A program made the translations under genes and the position numbers. Below are positions 18,940 through 28,777 of a DNA stretch of 64,000 nucleotides, one piece after another (the stretch's first letter is position 1; each line of letters starts with the position of its first letter). This stretch comes from Chloroflexota bacterium (GTDB lineage: Bacteria > Chloroflexota > UBA6077 > SHYK01). Below the pieces are notes generated by a model. The model was not told where the DNA came from and ran no database searches. It worked only from the letters and a program-made list of their open reading frames with translations. The DNA lies in NCBI GenBank assembly GCA_035652535.1, contig DASRDP010000082.1:52384-116383 (forward strand), read 5' to 3'.

Positions 18940-19542
18940 TTGGAGCATTTCGTCATCGGGCTCACCGGCAACATCGCAAGCGGGAAGAGCGCCGTCGCGG
19001 CCATGCTGGCGGAGTGGGGAGCCGAAGTCATCGACGCCGACCGCGTGGCCCACGAGACGTTGGAAGGGGATCCCGAGCGCTCGGCGGTTGTCGCGCGATT
19101 TGGGCCAGGAGTGCAGCGTCCCGATGGAAGCATCGACCGCGCCGCCCTCGGGCGGATCGTCTTCGCCGATAGATCGGCGCTCGCCGACCTCGAAGCCATC
19201 CTTCACCCCGCGACACGACGTCGGATCCTGGAACGCGCCGCCCGGAGCGCCGCGCCGGTGGTCGTAATTGAGGCGATCAAACTCCTGGAAGGACCACTCG
19301 TCGACGTCGTCGATGCCGTGTGGGTCGTGACCGCGCCCCGGTCTGAGCGGATCAATCGTCTGGTGAAGACTCGACACATGGCGCGCGACGAGGCCGAACG
19401 CCGCGTGGACGCGCAGAACCCCGAGTCGGACAAGGTGCGGCGGGCGGACGTGGTGCTGGACAACAGCGGGTCGCTGGAAGACCTGCGCCGCCGGGCGCGC
19501 GCCGCCTGGGATGCCATCCCGCGACCGACGGCCGAGCGATAG
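18940..19542 (+). CDS. coaE: dephospho-CoA kinase
   Basis: 'IGLTGNIASGKS' P-loop and typical 200-aa length. Confidence 0.9.
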   Translation: MEHFVIGLTGNIASGKSAVAAMLAEWGAEVIDADRVAHETLEGDPERSAVVARFGPGVQRPDGSIDRAALGRIVFADRSALADLEAILHPATRRRILERAARSAAPVVVIEAIKLLEGPLVDVVDAVWVVTAPRSERINRLVKTRHMARDEAERRVDAQNPESDKVRRADVVLDNSGSLEDLRRRARAAWDAIPRPTAER

Positions 19543-19590
19543 ACGGGCTCACTCCAGAGTTGCCGAGGCGGATGAATTGGTCGCGCTCTC

Positions 19591-20844
19591 GTGTTGTGCG
19601 GTACGCTGCAAGAAGCCATGGAGACATCGAATCCGCCATTCTCCACGCTTGATGTTGGCGGCCGGGACCGTAGCAGCCGTTCGGCCATTCTGCCGAGCGA
19701 CACGGCGCTGCGCCGCGATGGGTTTCTCCAGCTTCGCGTGGCTGGATCGCCGCGCGAGATGGGTCTCCAGCACGGAGAGCTTCTGCGCGATGAGATTCGG
19801 AGCCTCATCGACGCGGTGTACCACCACGTCTTGTACGGTCAGCCAGGCGTCGCGGGCTGGGGGATCCGTCGGGCCGTGCGCACGGTCGCCGGGATTATGG
19901 CGAGCCAAATCGCTCCGCGATACCGGGAAGAGATGCGGGGCGTCGCCCACGCGGCGGATGTCCCCTACGCCGACATCGTGCTCGTCAATTCCTTCGACGA
20001 TGTGCTGGCGAATCTTCGTCTCCTCGGCACGCTTTTCGGTCGACTCGGCTGTTCGACGTTCGCGGTGTTGCCGTCTGGCGCGAGCGGCGGCGCCCTCGTG
20101 TGCGGGCGCAACCTCGATTACTTTGTCGAGAGCGCCGCCGGCGATGACCCCTGGGCAGCCACGCGGTTCATGAAAGAGCACCTGACCGTCACAGAGTTCG
20201 CTCCGACGGATCGCCAGAGCTTCGTGGCCGTGGGCTGGCCCGGATTCGTGGGCACGGTCACCGCCATGAGCTGCCGCGGCGTTGTTGTGGGCTCGCTATC
20301 CGTGCCCACGTTGCGCAACACGCCCTTCGCCACGCCCGCTCCATTTCTGTACCGGAGCATCGTCGAGCAGGCGACCACGGTGGACGAAGCGGTCGACCTG
20401 ATGCGACGGACTCGCCGGACGCAGGGCAACAACGTGCTGGTCGGGTCGGCCAGCGACCGAGCCGCGGCCGTCGTGGAATTCACTGCGCGCCGGCTGGCCG
20501 TCCGCCACCCAGAGCACGACTGGATCGTGGCGACGAACCACTTCGCCCATCCAGACCTGGCCCCGCGGTCCACGAAGGCCCCCTTCTTCAGCTCCAGCCA
20601 GCGATTCATGCGCCTCCACGACTTGTGCAGGTCAGCGGTCCCCAACGGATTCGACGCCGCCCGCGCGCGCGAGTTCCTGACGGACATCACCCGCTGGAGC
20701 CCGGACGCCAACGAGTACTGCACGATCCTCAACCCGTGCACCGTCTACAGCACGGTCTTCGCGCCATCCGAGGGGCGGATGTGGGTGCGCGCCGCCGACA
20801 GAGTCGACCGCGAATACGAGGAGGTCGAGATCCCCCTCTCCTGA
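19591..20844 (+). CDS. peptidase C45 / acyl-CoA:6-aminopenicillanic-acid acyltransferase-like Ntn hydrolase
   Basis: 'LGTLFGRLGCSTFAV' with nucleophile Cys before 'STFAV', and a downstream 'GWPGFVG' block. Confidence 0.7.
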   Translation: MLCGTLQEAMETSNPPFSTLDVGGRDRSSRSAILPSDTALRRDGFLQLRVAGSPREMGLQHGELLRDEIRSLIDAVYHHVLYGQPGVAGWGIRRAVRTVAGIMASQIAPRYREEMRGVAHAADVPYADIVLVNSFDDVLANLRLLGTLFGRLGCSTFAVLPSGASGGALVCGRNLDYFVESAAGDDPWAATRFMKEHLTVTEFAPTDRQSFVAVGWPGFVGTVTAMSCRGVVVGSLSVPTLRNTPFATPAPFLYRSIVEQATTVDEAVDLMRRTRRTQGNNVLVGSASDRAAAVVEFTARRLAVRHPEHDWIVATNHFAHPDLAPRSTKAPFFSSSQRFMRLHDLCRSAVPNGFDAARAREFLTDITRWSPDANEYCTILNPCTVYSTVFAPSEGRMWVRAADRVDREYEEVEIPLS

Positions 20845-20916
20845 GACGCGGGGGTCCGGCGACTGCGCTTATAATCGCGGACGACCCCGCCGATACACCC
20901 GTAGGAGAGCCTTGCG

Positions 20917-21966
20917 ATGTGCGCCGTCCGCGTGGGAATCATCGGAACAGGATTCGGCGCGGCCGTCCAGGCGCCGGGCTTCCGTTGCGTCGACGGCGCC
21001 GAACTGGTAGCCGTGGCCAGCAGCCGCATCCAGCGGGCGCAGGCGGTTGCACAGGAGTTTCGACTTCCTCACGCATTTGACGACTATCGCGCCATGCTGC
21101 GCTCGGTTCCGCTCGACCTCGTGAGCATCACCGCGCCGCCCTACCTGCACCGCGAGATGACGTTGGCAGCTCTCGAAGCCGGCGCCCACGTGCTGTGCGA
21201 GAAGCCAATGGCCATGAACGCGGACGAGGCGAACGAGATGCTCCGCAAGGCCGAGCGCTCGGGCCTGGTCCACGCGATCGACTTCGAGTTCCGGTACATC
21301 CCGGCGCGCGCGGCGCTGACACGCTTGCTGGCAGCGGGAGCCATCGGCGAACCGATCCTCGTCCGCGTCGCGGACCTGGTCCATGCCCGAGTCGACCAGC
21401 CCTACGGTTGGTTTTTCGACCGCGCGCGGGGCGGTGGACTCCTCCAGGCGATCGGGTCCCACTACATCGACGCGGTTCGCCTTTGGCTCGGCCCGATCGC
21501 GTCGGTGACTGCGGACCTGCGCGCGGTCCGGGCGGAGCGGCCGCGTGACGACGGCGGCGGACACGAGCGGGTGACCGCGGACGACACGGCCAGCGTTTCG
21601 CTTCGACTCGAACGCGGCATCTTTGGCCGCATCGACTTGAGCGTGTGCGCACCCGGCGGCTATCGGCGAACCGAAATCTTCGGGAGCCAAGGCGTGCTGA
21701 CCCTGGAAGGGACCAAACTCTACCGCGGCGCCGACAGCGGCTCTGAGGAGGTTGCGCCGGAGGCAGAGGACCAGGGACGGCTCGAGGACCCGCGTCTTGG
21801 CCCCTTCGTCGAGCTGGCCCAGCGAGTCGTCGACCGGATCAACGGCCGTGACGGGCGGCCCTTCCCGACCTTTTCCGACGGACTCGCCGTTCAGCGCGTC
21901 ATGGACGCGATCCACCGCGCGTCGGACGAGGGTCGCGAGGTACGAATCTCCGAGGTGACGGCGTAG
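20917..21966 (+). CDS. Gfo/Idh/MocA-family NAD(P)-dependent oxidoreductase
   Basis: 'VGIIGTGFGA' Rossmann start, then 'EKPMA' motif. Confidence 0.85.
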   Translation: MCAVRVGIIGTGFGAAVQAPGFRCVDGAELVAVASSRIQRAQAVAQEFRLPHAFDDYRAMLRSVPLDLVSITAPPYLHREMTLAALEAGAHVLCEKPMAMNADEANEMLRKAERSGLVHAIDFEFRYIPARAALTRLLAAGAIGEPILVRVADLVHARVDQPYGWFFDRARGGGLLQAIGSHYIDAVRLWLGPIASVTADLRAVRAERPRDDGGGHERVTADDTASVSLRLERGIFGRIDLSVCAPGGYRRTEIFGSQGVLTLEGTKLYRGADSGSEEVAPEAEDQGRLEDPRLGPFVELAQRVVDRINGRDGRPFPTFSDGLAVQRVMDAIHRASDEGREVRISEVTA

Positions 21967-23143
21967 CGTCGCGGGGAACGAAGAGGGCGAGGCTCGCCGT
22001 GAACCCGTGCAAGTACGTACGGCCGCCCACCGGCCCGATCTCTCCGTTACAGAAGAAGCCGGCGATGGGCACGGGCCCGAATTCCGCGGCCACGGCCCGC
22101 GCATCGTGGTCCGGGCTGCCAAAAAGCCCCACGCCGCGTCCATTGCAGGTGCACAGCAATGCGCCGGCGATGAGATCTGGATCGACAGCCTGCCGGGTTT
22201 GCAGGAGCTGCCTCTTGAGATCGAAGTCCGCCGCCTTGGCGTCGCGAATCTGGAACTGGATCGTTTGCCCGACCTCGGGCATCGCTCCAATGGCCATAGC
22301 GCCGGATTCTGGGTCGACTCCCAGCAGGTTCCGTATCAGGAAATCCCCCTGTTCGAATCGCTCCCGGTACTCGTTCATGGCGAGTCCGACCAGCAGGTTG
22401 CGGGCGGCGCGCCCGCGCTCCTCCTCGGACAAGGCGTTGAGCGTTTCGCGCAGCACTTCGAGGGCAGGCCGGTTACCGATCTTGCGCACGATGTTTCGAT
22501 CCACGGACGTAATGGTCCATGGCTCGCCGATCGGCGCGGCGCCCTGCGCCACCACGGATCGCACCGTGTAGGCGCCCCCAATGCCTAAGATCACGGCGCC
22601 ATCGCCATAGTGCGCGCCGTTGAGAAACAGATGCGTGCCGTGCTCAGATGCCAGACCGGACGCCAGCCCACCGGCTATCGTCGCTCGCGGGTACGCGCTC
22701 GTGAGCCCGTCGATCAACGCCTCGACATCGAACGTGAACGGGTCGGCGAGCACGATCCACGCGTTGAGGCTCTCTACCGGAACGCCGGCCCAGCGGAGCC
22801 AGTCCTCCGGGCCACGAAGGCGCGCCAGTTCGTCGGGCGTGATGTGTCTCGGGTGCAGCTCGGCGCCCGGGAGCTGCACGTGCAGGACGGAGAGCGCTTC
22901 TTGGCCCTCTACCTCGCGATTCGGGCCGATGATTCCCTGGCCAGAGCACCCAATGAGCACGGAGGCCGCGCTCCGTCGATACGCTTGTGCCACGAGCGTC
23001 TCGAGATCTTCATAGGCGGGGCTGGCGAAAAAGAGGGTCAGGTCGGGCGCCGGCGCGGGCGCACCGTCGCCCAGGCCAACCGCCGCGAGCGCTTCCGACC
23101 ATCGCGGGTTGTCGGCGATGGCCGCTGTCGATTCCATGTGCAC
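21899..23143 (-). CDS. FIST-domain (FIST_N + FIST_C) sensory protein
   Basis: C-terminal 'GFFCNGEIGPVGGRTYLHGFTASLALF' is the FIST_C hallmark. N-terminal 'LIGCSGQGIIG' matches FIST_N. Confidence 0.65.
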   Translation of the reverse strand: MHMESTAAIADNPRWSEALAAVGLGDGAPAPAPDLTLFFASPAYEDLETLVAQAYRRSAASVLIGCSGQGIIGPNREVEGQEALSVLHVQLPGAELHPRHITPDELARLRGPEDWLRWAGVPVESLNAWIVLADPFTFDVEALIDGLTSAYPRATIAGGLASGLASEHGTHLFLNGAHYGDGAVILGIGGAYTVRSVVAQGAAPIGEPWTITSVDRNIVRKIGNRPALEVLRETLNALSEEERGRAARNLLVGLAMNEYRERFEQGDFLIRNLLGVDPESGAMAIGAMPEVGQTIQFQIRDAKAADFDLKRQLLQTRQAVDPDLIAGALLCTCNGRGVGLFGSPDHDARAVAAEFGPVPIAGFFCNGEIGPVGGRTYLHGFTASLALFVPRDATPSPRRFVPRDPRPTRGGSRP

Positions 23144-23283
23144 TTCTCCGACTGAGGCTGCACGGATTCAGCGGGATGCGGCGCACCGGCGCCGCCGGCA
23201 TGTGACTCCTTGGACCAGGCCCGTCAAGCCAGTGTAGCAAAACGCGTCGCCGCCGTTCGCGGGACCGCATGCCGCGGCGCCTG

Positions 23284-24372
23284 CTAGTCCGCGGCGGGCG
23301 GCAGCCTCTCGGGGGTGGGAAGCGGGAGCTGCCGCGTGTCCGGTTCCTCCGCTGGCTCGGCGTCGGCAGCCTGCGATTCTGCGACGATGTCGTCCAGAAT
23401 GATGCGAATGGCCGCCGCGATGGGGACCGCCAGAATGGCGCCCAGGGCTCCCGCGGTCGCCGCCCCCGTCAGCACGGCGAAGATGGTGACGAGGGGGTGA
23501 AGGTCGACCGCGCGCCCGACGACGATCGGCATGATCAGCTGGTCTTCCGCCTGGCGCAAGACGATGTAGGCCACGATGACCCAGATCATGAGCTGGGTCC
23601 CGCCTTGAACCAGCGCGACCATGGCCGCCGTCGCTCCCGCAGTAATGGGTCCCAGCAGCGGAATGACTTCGAGGACACCGGTCAAGATCGCAATGGGCAG
23701 CGCGAACGGCAGGCGAAAGAGCGACGACAATACGAGGTACGTCACGACGGACATGAGCACAATGAGAAAGAGCTGGCCACGGATGTACTGGCTGAGGGTA
23801 TTGTGCACGTGGCGCCCGACCTCCTGGACGCGCGCTCGTCTGCTCTCGGCGACGAAGCGCAAGAGGTATGGCCCCAGTCGATGACCGTCAAGAAGCAAGT
23901 AGAAGAGCGCGATAAGCGACAGAAACATCTTGAGAACAGTGTCGAGGGCGCGCTCTGCTACCCGGAGCGCATCGGCCGGCGCAGCCACCACGTCGGAAAT
24001 CCGGCTGTTCGTCCAGTCCGCCAGGACGTGGGCGTCGATGCGCTGGCCGGCGAGCCGAAACGTTTCCGTCCCGAGAAGGCGCACGTAGGCCGCGTCGACC
24101 AGATCCGGGCCTGCTCGACCGAGAAGACGAACCTCGCGGATCAGTCGAGCCCCCAGCAGCCACGCGCCCAGGCCCACGACCGTCAGCAGAATGACGTAGA
24201 CGGCAGCCACGACCACGATGCGCGGCAGCTTGAGGCGCTCCGAGATCTCGCTGACGATCGGACTGAACACGTAGGCGAGGACTGCCGCGATGACGAAGGG
24301 GGCCAGGACCTCGCGGGCGAGGTACAGGACGACCACGAGTACCAGCGGGGGAATCCACCATCGGGCTATCAT
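23284..24372 (-). CDS. AI-2E family transporter (PerM/UPF0118)
   Basis: Eight hydrophobic segments, with 'LIGARLIREVRLLG' and a C-terminal 'PLVTIFAVLTGAATAGALGAILAVPIAA' block. Confidence 0.8.
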   Translation of the reverse strand: MIARWWIPPLVLVVVLYLAREVLAPFVIAAVLAYVFSPIVSEISERLKLPRIVVVAAVYVILLTVVGLGAWLLGARLIREVRLLGRAGPDLVDAAYVRLLGTETFRLAGQRIDAHVLADWTNSRISDVVAAPADALRVAERALDTVLKMFLSLIALFYLLLDGHRLGPYLLRFVAESRRARVQEVGRHVHNTLSQYIRGQLFLIVLMSVVTYLVLSSLFRLPFALPIAILTGVLEVIPLLGPITAGATAAMVALVQGGTQLMIWVIVAYIVLRQAEDQLIMPIVVGRAVDLHPLVTIFAVLTGAATAGALGAILAVPIAAAIRIILDDIVAESQAADAEPAEEPDTRQLPLPTPERLPPAAD

Positions 24373-24564
24373 TCGCGATCGTCCCCCGGGGATCCCGCTG
24401 GGTTCGGAGCGCCCTGAGTGTACCCCAGTCTGCGCGCGGCATGGCGCGGCGCACCGGAGACAGAAGGCTGCCGCGTGCGAAACCTCGTGCCTCGCGTTCG
24501 TCGTCTCCCCTGGCGCGGGGTACGGGGGCGATCGGGCCTCTGGCGCAACCTCTCGAGCGGGGGC

Positions 24565-27114
24565 CTATCGCGCGAGCGCGGGCCTTCGGGACGATCGCCG
24601 GACTTTGCCCGGGCCTGTCGCCTGGCCACGCCGCGGCTCCTCCCCCCACGGACCGGTCCACGTTTCGCCGGCGGCGAGTCGGGTCGGGTCGCCCGTCGTG
24701 CCGACAGCCATCGGTTCGCCGCTGAGCAGCTGCACCGTGATCCTTCGCGGCTTCGCCGCGATACGCACCCGCAGCCGCCGTCCACGCCACTGTACCGAGT
24801 ACGCCAGGGCGCCCCACTCGTCCGGCAGGTGCGGGGTGAAGCGAAGCCCATCCGGAGCCATGGAGAGGCCGCCAAAGCCAAGAACCGCCGCCTGCCAGAG
24901 CCCGCCATGCGTGCCAATGTGAATGCCCAGCGCGGCGTTCCCCATCGTGTCATCGATGTCGATCGCGGCGGCCTGCCGAAAATAGCGGAGCGCCAAGGCA
25001 GTGCGGCCCAGACGGGCTGCCACGAGAGCGTGAATGGCTGGCGACAGCGAGCTCCCATGCCCGCATTGCGGCTCGTAGTAATCAAAGCCGGCCTCCACCT
25101 GCGCCGCGGTGAAGCGCTCCCGGAGCAGCGCTTCCAGCATGACGACATCGGCCTGCTTGATGACCTGCGAGCGGCGTGTGCGCTCGGGCCCCAATAGGAT
25201 GTCCAGGGGTTGCGAGCGCGGTGAATAGACCGCGAGATCGACCGGCTCGAGCCCAAAATAGCCGGCGAACTGCTCGACTACCGGGCCACCGGCGTCGAGG
25301 CCCGTCACAATATCGCGGGCAACCTCGCGCCAGTGGTCGATCTCGCGCTGCGTCACCCCGAGCCGCTTGCGCAGCGGCCGCCACGCATCCGGCCAGCGAT
25401 CCTCCACCAATTTCACCGTGTCGACGGCGCGCTCGATGTTCCACTGGGCCATAAGGTTGGTGTACGCGCTGTCGTCGACATTCTCGTGGTACTCGTCGGG
25501 GCCGGTTACGCCGCGAATGTGACAGCGACCGTCCGGCTCCCGCTGCGCCCGGCTGACCCAGAAGCGCGCGGTTTCCAGGATGATCTCCGCGCCGGCCTCG
25601 AGCAAGAACGGAACGTCCTCGGTCGCCTGCCAGTACTGCCAGCACGCATATGCGACGTCCGCGCTGATGTGTTGTTCCAGGACGCCGGTGTTGATGGGCA
25701 CGACGCGCCCGTCCGGGCCGACGACCTCTGCCGGCGCCGTCTCGTCCCCGCTTGATGCCGACTCCCACGCGTAGAGGGCCCCCCGATATCCGAGCCGAGC
25801 GGCCTTTGCCCGTGCGGCGGGAAGCGTGTGGTAGCGGTACATCAACATCGCCCGCGCCGCCTCCGGCCAGGTCAGCGTGTAGAAGGGGCCGGTGAAGATC
25901 TCAGTGTCCCAGAAGACGTGGCCCCAGTAGGCCTCGCCCGTCAGCGCCCGCGCGCCGACGGATACGCGCGGATCGTCTGGGTTCGCCGCGCTGTTGAGGT
26001 GATAGATGGCAAACCGAAGGGCGCGTTGGGCATCCAAATCCCCCTCGACGACCACGTCGCTCGCGGCCCATCGCTCGCTCCACGCGCGCACGTGCTCGTC
26101 GAACACGCGATGAATTCCATTGCGACGCGCCTTCCTGAGCAGCTCGAGGGCACGCGGACTCGCGTCGTCGAGCCCATCGCCTCGCACGAAGGCGACGAAA
26201 CGCGAGAACCGCGCGGGCTCCGTCGATTGCCACTCCCACGCACCCGCGAATGAGCGAGATGGACGACCGCCTGCAGGAGATTGCCCGCCTGCGTGCAAAC
26301 GCGCGTCGTGCGCGACCGCAAGCACTTGACCCGCGTTCTGCGTGCGCCAGACCAGGATGTTGGACCCAGCATGGAGCAGGTCCATCCACTGGGGCAGCTC
26401 TATCCATGCGCGCAGCGCCAGGCTGGTTGGCTGCTTTGGCTGCACCTCTGCCACCTGAACCGCGAGTCCACGGTCCGCGAATGACACCAGGCGCCCCGTT
26501 CGAACGACGATGATCCGGCCATGCGGATCGCGTTGGCTCCACTCCCGCCACAGTACACCGCGGCTGAGGTCGATGACGCGACGGTGATTCAGCGGCTCGC
26601 CGCGATCGATCTGAATCGGTCCGCCATCGGCCCAGACCTGGAGACGCATCCAGCCCGGCCCCGGGACGAGCGCCTCGATGGGGCGCGCGGCCGGCAAGAC
26701 ATCGTACAGGCCGGCGATGTAGGTGCGTGGGTTCGACTCGGCGGTGGGCTCTTCGACGGACCCGCGAACGCCAATAAACCCGTTGGAGATCGCGAGACGG
26801 GATTCGATGCTCTCCTCGCGGGCCGCGTCGAACCCGTCTTCCGCTATGGTCCAGGCCAGATCCAGATCCGTCGCCCAAGGTCCAAGAGCGAGAATCCTCG
26901 CTTCAAGGCCCTCGCCGTCAGAACAGCAGGGAGAAGGCGCCGTTCCGACCTTCGAGAACCTCTCCGGCACCCCGTCGTCGTTGGCGGTGATGCGGCCATA
27001 CGATGTGTCTTGCGGGTTCTGCGGACGCGTTGCGTTCGGCTTGTCGCTATCGGGTGGCGGCGATGATCCCGGACCCTCGGCCCTGGAATGTATCTCCGTT
27101 TCGCCTCGCGCCAT
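24565..27114 (-). CDS. glycoside hydrolase family 65 phosphorylase (kojibiose/trehalose/maltose phosphorylase-like)
   Basis: 'WGHVFWDTEIF' catalytic-domain motif. N-terminal 'ESRLAISNGFIGVRG' GH65_N start. The real start is probably ~80 codons inside the ORF. Confidence 0.8.
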   Translation of the reverse strand: MARGETEIHSRAEGPGSSPPPDSDKPNATRPQNPQDTSYGRITANDDGVPERFSKVGTAPSPCCSDGEGLEARILALGPWATDLDLAWTIAEDGFDAAREESIESRLAISNGFIGVRGSVEEPTAESNPRTYIAGLYDVLPAARPIEALVPGPGWMRLQVWADGGPIQIDRGEPLNHRRVIDLSRGVLWREWSQRDPHGRIIVVRTGRLVSFADRGLAVQVAEVQPKQPTSLALRAWIELPQWMDLLHAGSNILVWRTQNAGQVLAVAHDARLHAGGQSPAGGRPSRSFAGAWEWQSTEPARFSRFVAFVRGDGLDDASPRALELLRKARRNGIHRVFDEHVRAWSERWAASDVVVEGDLDAQRALRFAIYHLNSAANPDDPRVSVGARALTGEAYWGHVFWDTEIFTGPFYTLTWPEAARAMLMYRYHTLPAARAKAARLGYRGALYAWESASSGDETAPAEVVGPDGRVVPINTGVLEQHISADVAYACWQYWQATEDVPFLLEAGAEIILETARFWVSRAQREPDGRCHIRGVTGPDEYHENVDDSAYTNLMAQWNIERAVDTVKLVEDRWPDAWRPLRKRLGVTQREIDHWREVARDIVTGLDAGGPVVEQFAGYFGLEPVDLAVYSPRSQPLDILLGPERTRRSQVIKQADVVMLEALLRERFTAAQVEAGFDYYEPQCGHGSSLSPAIHALVAARLGRTALALRYFRQAAAIDIDDTMGNAALGIHIGTHGGLWQAAVLGFGGLSMAPDGLRFTPHLPDEWGALAYSVQWRGRRLRVRIAAKPRRITVQLLSGEPMAVGTTGDPTRLAAGETWTGPWGEEPRRGQATGPGKVRRSSRRPALAR

Positions 27115-27259
27115 CGGCGCCTTTCAGCTCCTTCCGCTCTGCGCATCCGATCTATGCTCGGTCTGCGCGACTCGCCATTGAGTCTTCACGTTTATCATCG
27201 CTCGTTAACATCATATCCGGCGATAGCCAGCGCCAAAATGCATGAACTGAGCGCAGGTT

Positions 27260-27904
27260 GTGACTGGCGGTCGCTCGGCCCATGGTCGCAGGTGGCGCGC
27301 GCGTCTCGCGCCCGGGAGGACGGTGAACAACCCGCTCGTTGTCTTGAGCGAGGAGCGGTGGATTCGCGCGGCGCGGCAAGGCGACGTCGACGCCTTCAAT
27401 CGCCTCGTCGAGGCCTACCAGGACATTGCCTTCGCGGTGGCTCTGCGAACGACGGGGCATCCGGATGACGCCGCGGACGCCACGCAGGAGGCGTTTCTCG
27501 ATGCGTTCCGATCGATCTCCCGGTTCCGCGGGGGATCGTTCCGGGCCTGGCTCGTGCGAATCGTCGTAAACGCCTGCTACGATCTCCATCGATCGGCGCG
27601 CCGGCGCCCCGCCCTGTCTCTTGACGGTCTGCTGGAAGCATCTGACGCGGAGCCGTGGACTGACGGTAGTAGCCCAGACCCCGAAGGGGTCGCCCTGACC
27701 CACGAGACGCGCGCCGCGATCGAACGGGCGCTCGCCGCGCTTCCGGATGAGCAGCGCCTCGCCATCGAATTGGTCGACGTTCAAGGATTCTCCTACGAAG
27801 AGTCAGCGGAAGCTCTCGGCTGCGCAGTGGGCACGATTCGGTCCCGTTTGGCGCGCGGTCGCGCTCGCGTGCGGGACGTCCTGAGCATGGAAGGGAACCT
27901 TTGA
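27260..27904 (+). CDS. ECF-subfamily RNA polymerase sigma-70 factor
   Basis: Region 2 'DATQEAFLDAFRSISRF' and region 4 'LAIELVDVQGFSYEESAEALGCAVGTIRSRLARGR'. Start is probably an internal TTG/GTG. Confidence 0.85.
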   Translation: MTGGRSAHGRRWRARLAPGRTVNNPLVVLSEERWIRAARQGDVDAFNRLVEAYQDIAFAVALRTTGHPDDAADATQEAFLDAFRSISRFRGGSFRAWLVRIVVNACYDLHRSARRRPALSLDGLLEASDAEPWTDGSSPDPEGVALTHETRAAIERALAALPDEQRLAIELVDVQGFSYEESAEALGCAVGTIRSRLARGRARVRDVLSMEGNL

Positions 27905-27985
27905 ACACCCGCGACCGTCTGCTTATGGGTCGGCATCGTTGGCGTATGCGCCGGACCCGCCGCTCTACGCAACGGGGGAAGACGA

Positions 27986-28768
27986 GTGGACGCTGACCAC
28001 GCGACGACGGAACAGCTCTCCGCTCTCATCGACGCGGCCTTGCCACCCGACGAGCTTTCCCAGGTCGAATCGCACCTTGCGCAGTGCGAACGGTGCAAGA
28101 AAGAGCTTCGCGAGCTGCGACAAACCGTTGCGCTCCTCCGCGCGGTCCCACCCGCCGCGGCGCCGCGCTCCTTCAAGCTCCCGTCCGATGACGACCGCGC
28201 AGAGCCCCCCGGCCTGGAGAGAGCCGGCGGGGCGCTTCCTCGCGGCCTCCTTCGAGCGCTCAGCGGTCTCGCGGCGGCGCTCATGATCGTCGCCATCATT
28301 TCCGAGACCGGGATGCCGGGGGCGCCGCCAACCGCGCGCTTCGGGTACCCTGGCGGCGGAGCGGCATCCGGCTCGTCTCCAAGCGCCGCCGGGAGCGGCG
28401 CGGCGTTGGCCCCGACTCCCGCCGGGGCAGGCGATCAGGCGCCCGCGGCAGCCAAGATCCAGTCCCAACGGTCGGCGTCCGGAGCGCCGCCGCCAGCCGG
28501 CGCCGCCGACGGCGTGGTCGATGCCAACCCGGATTCCCGCGCGAGCAGGGGCGCCGCGGCGCCCCGGGAGCCGCCCGCGATGGGCCCCCCGACGTCGGCG
28601 ACCACGAATGAAACGACGCGGAGACCGCCCTCGGATCAGTTCACGAGCCCGACCAGTGGGCCACCTCTCGCCGCTGGCTGGCTGGCAGCGATCGGGCTGG
28701 GCGCCGTCGCGATCGTGCTCCTGGTCCTGAGCTTCACCGCGCCCTGGCGCGCGCGCCGAACGCGGTGA
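27986..28768 (+). CDS. ZAS-type anti-sigma factor (zinc-finger), Pro/Ala-rich linker, C-terminal TM segment
   Basis: 'HLAQCERCKKEL' HxxxCxxC motif immediately downstream of the ECF sigma gene. Hydrophobic 'WLAAIGLGAVAIVLLVL' near the C-terminus. Confidence 0.75.
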   Translation: MDADHATTEQLSALIDAALPPDELSQVESHLAQCERCKKELRELRQTVALLRAVPPAAAPRSFKLPSDDDRAEPPGLERAGGALPRGLLRALSGLAAALMIVAIISETGMPGAPPTARFGYPGGGAASGSSPSAAGSGAALAPTPAGAGDQAPAAAKIQSQRSASGAPPPAGAADGVVDANPDSRASRGAAAPREPPAMGPPTSATTNETTRRPPSDQFTSPTSGPPLAAGWLAAIGLGAVAIVLLVLSFTAPWRARRTR

Positions 28769-28777
28769 GCCGTCGTC

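Noticed and set aside
20869-22290. 473-aa minus-strand ORF overlapping the Gfo/Idh/MocA gene
   Set aside because: Arg/Pro/Ala-rich translation typical of antisense frames in high-GC DNA. The plus-strand gene has clear Rossmann motifs.
23144-23283. GCGGCGC-ACCG-GCGCCGC hairpin after the AI-2E transporter gene
   Set aside because: A perfect 7-bp stem, but in ~70% GC DNA such GC-only palindromes arise by chance, and there is no U-tract. Not reported as a feature.
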